This document shows positions 62,731-64,000 of a stretch of DNA of 64,000 nucleotides, one piece after another; positions within the stretch are counted from its first letter, which is position 1; each line of letters starts with the position of its first letter. The stretch covers positions 1 through 64,000 of the IMG/VR virus record IMGVR_UViG_3300044641_007115. One strand, given 5' to 3'. The notes under the pieces are model-generated. The model worked only from the letters and a program-made list of their open reading frames with translations. It searched no databases and was not told the DNA's origin. A program made the position numbers and the translations under genes.

Positions 62731-63441
62731 GTGCAACGAATCGACAGACGAATCAAAGGAACTACGATCAATGAACTCTATGCGCCCTATCGGAACGCAT
62801 ACGATCTTCTCGAACCGATAAGAGATAGTAGTCTTCGCCCGACCGGTGTATACGACGCCATCATCGCGGATGGTGGCGTCACCAAGAATGGACGCCGGTA
62901 CAGCCGCAAGGACTTCCTCAACGCCCAACGTCTATACTTCTCAAACCAGCCTGTCATTGAAGCGGGACAAGATCCTCTTGGCGTCTGCCTTGCCGATGAA
63001 TTCTACCCGGACGGCACGCTACGACTGGATCGCATGATCGGCCAAGTCATCGACATGAAAGTTGTAGACGCGGACAACAGTTGGTATGTGACCATTCGTT
63101 TCGCCATCCATGACATGACCACGCGCGCGAATCCTTGGTACGAAACCATGCAGCCGATCTTCACCAAGCTGCACGGTCACTACAAAGCGATTCCTAGCGG
63201 AATTGTGCCAGACAACTCCGGGGCTATTGTGAACGAGAATGGGGTGGAAGTGGTGACTGGTTTCATGTTGCGGTCGATCATCTTGTCGTGCAACTCCGCA
63301 TTCGAAAAAGCAAACGCGGTTCAGCCGGTATACATGGACGGTGGAAGGATGTCTGCCACCACAACATCCGCGCGCCCGCCGTTGCCACAGCGCCAAACGT
63401 CAATGCAACGCGGGTCAATCTTCGACCGACGACCGATCTAA
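62731..63441 (+). CDS. Divergent prohead-protease (T4 gp21)-like protein, catalytic motifs not evident
   Basis: KNGRRY, L.LDR...V..M.V, N.NG..VV..F.L...AF..A layout; CTAAATG 5 nt before GTG. Confidence 0.4.
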   Translation: MQRIDRRIKGTTINELYAPYRNAYDLLEPIRDSSLRPTGVYDAIIADGGVTKNGRRYSRKDFLNAQRLYFSNQPVIEAGQDPLGVCLADEFYPDGTLRLDRMIGQVIDMKVVDADNSWYVTIRFAIHDMTTRANPWYETMQPIFTKLHGHYKAIPSGIVPDNSGAIVNENGVEVVTGFMLRSIILSCNSAFEKANAVQPVYMDGGRMSATTTSARPPLPQRQTSMQRGSIFDRRPI

Positions 63442-63596
63442 TACGTGACTGTTGCCGTCAACACAGCGGCGGCTATCCAGTATATCGCCCGGCGATAATC
63501 GCCTGAAGCGTAATACCAAACAGCCGCCGCAATGCTCAATCCAATCTGGATTGTTGGGAAAAGTTTCGGTGTGAAAATGATGTCGCGCCAGTTCAT

Positions 63597-63911
63597 TTAG
63601 ACTGCGATTTTCTTACTCATCGCACTCATAATTTTATCGTAACTAGTGAAGGCATCAATTTCCTTTTCGGTCGCCGGACGGACATTCACCTGACCATCCA
63701 CCTTTTGCACCGTGAAGATTCCGCGCGGGTCCTTAAGTTCGACGACTACCGATTGACGTTCCGCCAAAAGCCGGTGAAGCGCCGCCAACATAATTCGCCC
63801 CGTCGCACCCTGATCCAACGCAACGGAAGGTCCACTGTTTGCACTCATTGTCTGTTCTCCTGTTTGCCCAAATTTGGGGTCACCAGTATACTTAGACACA
63901 CTATTCGACAA
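63597..63911 (-). CDS. Hypothetical protein
   Basis: Small ORF; start uncertain. Confidence 0.4.
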   Translation of the reverse strand: MSNSVSKYTGDPKFGQTGEQTMSANSGPSVALDQGATGRIMLAALHRLLAERQSVVVELKDPRGIFTVQKVDGQVNVRPATEKEIDAFTSYDKIMSAMSKKIAV

Positions 63912-64000
63912 TCAGGCTCATCAGTGACATAGCCGCACGGGTCGTCCCGGCACGCGAAGAAACATAGAAACCGTACTGGCTCCGGGAACTCAGGAAGTCG

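Noticed and set aside
1-64000. CRISPR array
   Set aside because: No regularly spaced repeat-spacer units; the 55018-55758 nuclease is a phage exonuclease, not evidence of Cas
1-64000. Stop-codon reassignment
   Set aside because: Known core genes are full length in the standard code and end in TAA, TAG or TGA

Overview
A 64-kb slice of a large T4-like lytic myophage genome. T4-type core genes recognised here are small terminase gp16, baseplate/tail gp53, gp27-like hub, gp54, gp26, gp51, head genes gp4 and gp2, gp32, gp59, gp33, RNA ligase 1, dNMP kinase, PhoH and an exonuclease. ClpP, a zf-HC2 peptide and a secreted PHIAAGGGW-type protein resemble Acidobacteriota proteins, so an acidobacterial host is inferred from recalled similarity, not from a search. 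Layout: 2.5-16 kb paralog-rich tail/fibre cluster; 19-30 kb baseplate, tape-measure and lysis genes; 30.7-33 kb replication/late transcription; 34.8-39.4 kb tRNA region with clpP and an HNH gene; 40.7-44.7 kb second virion-appendage cluster; 45-64 kb accessory genes. Main observations missing from the ORF track: (1) a circularly permuted two-piece tmRNA with tag ANSNVLAMAA, plus a phage clpP; (2) a 40-codon Ala/Thr-rich uORF heading a tRNA operon of Ala x3, Asp x2 and Thr x3; (3) several structured non-tRNA RNAs inside that operon; (4) late and early promoter motifs only 5-9 nt before start codons, implying leaderless mRNAs; (5) a -1 slippery site joining gp26 to gp51; (6) an SprT protease with a T4-like capsid-targeting sequence; (7) a truncated (p)ppGpp-hydrolase HD gene at the left edge. 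All structures were folded by eye and no database searches were run.
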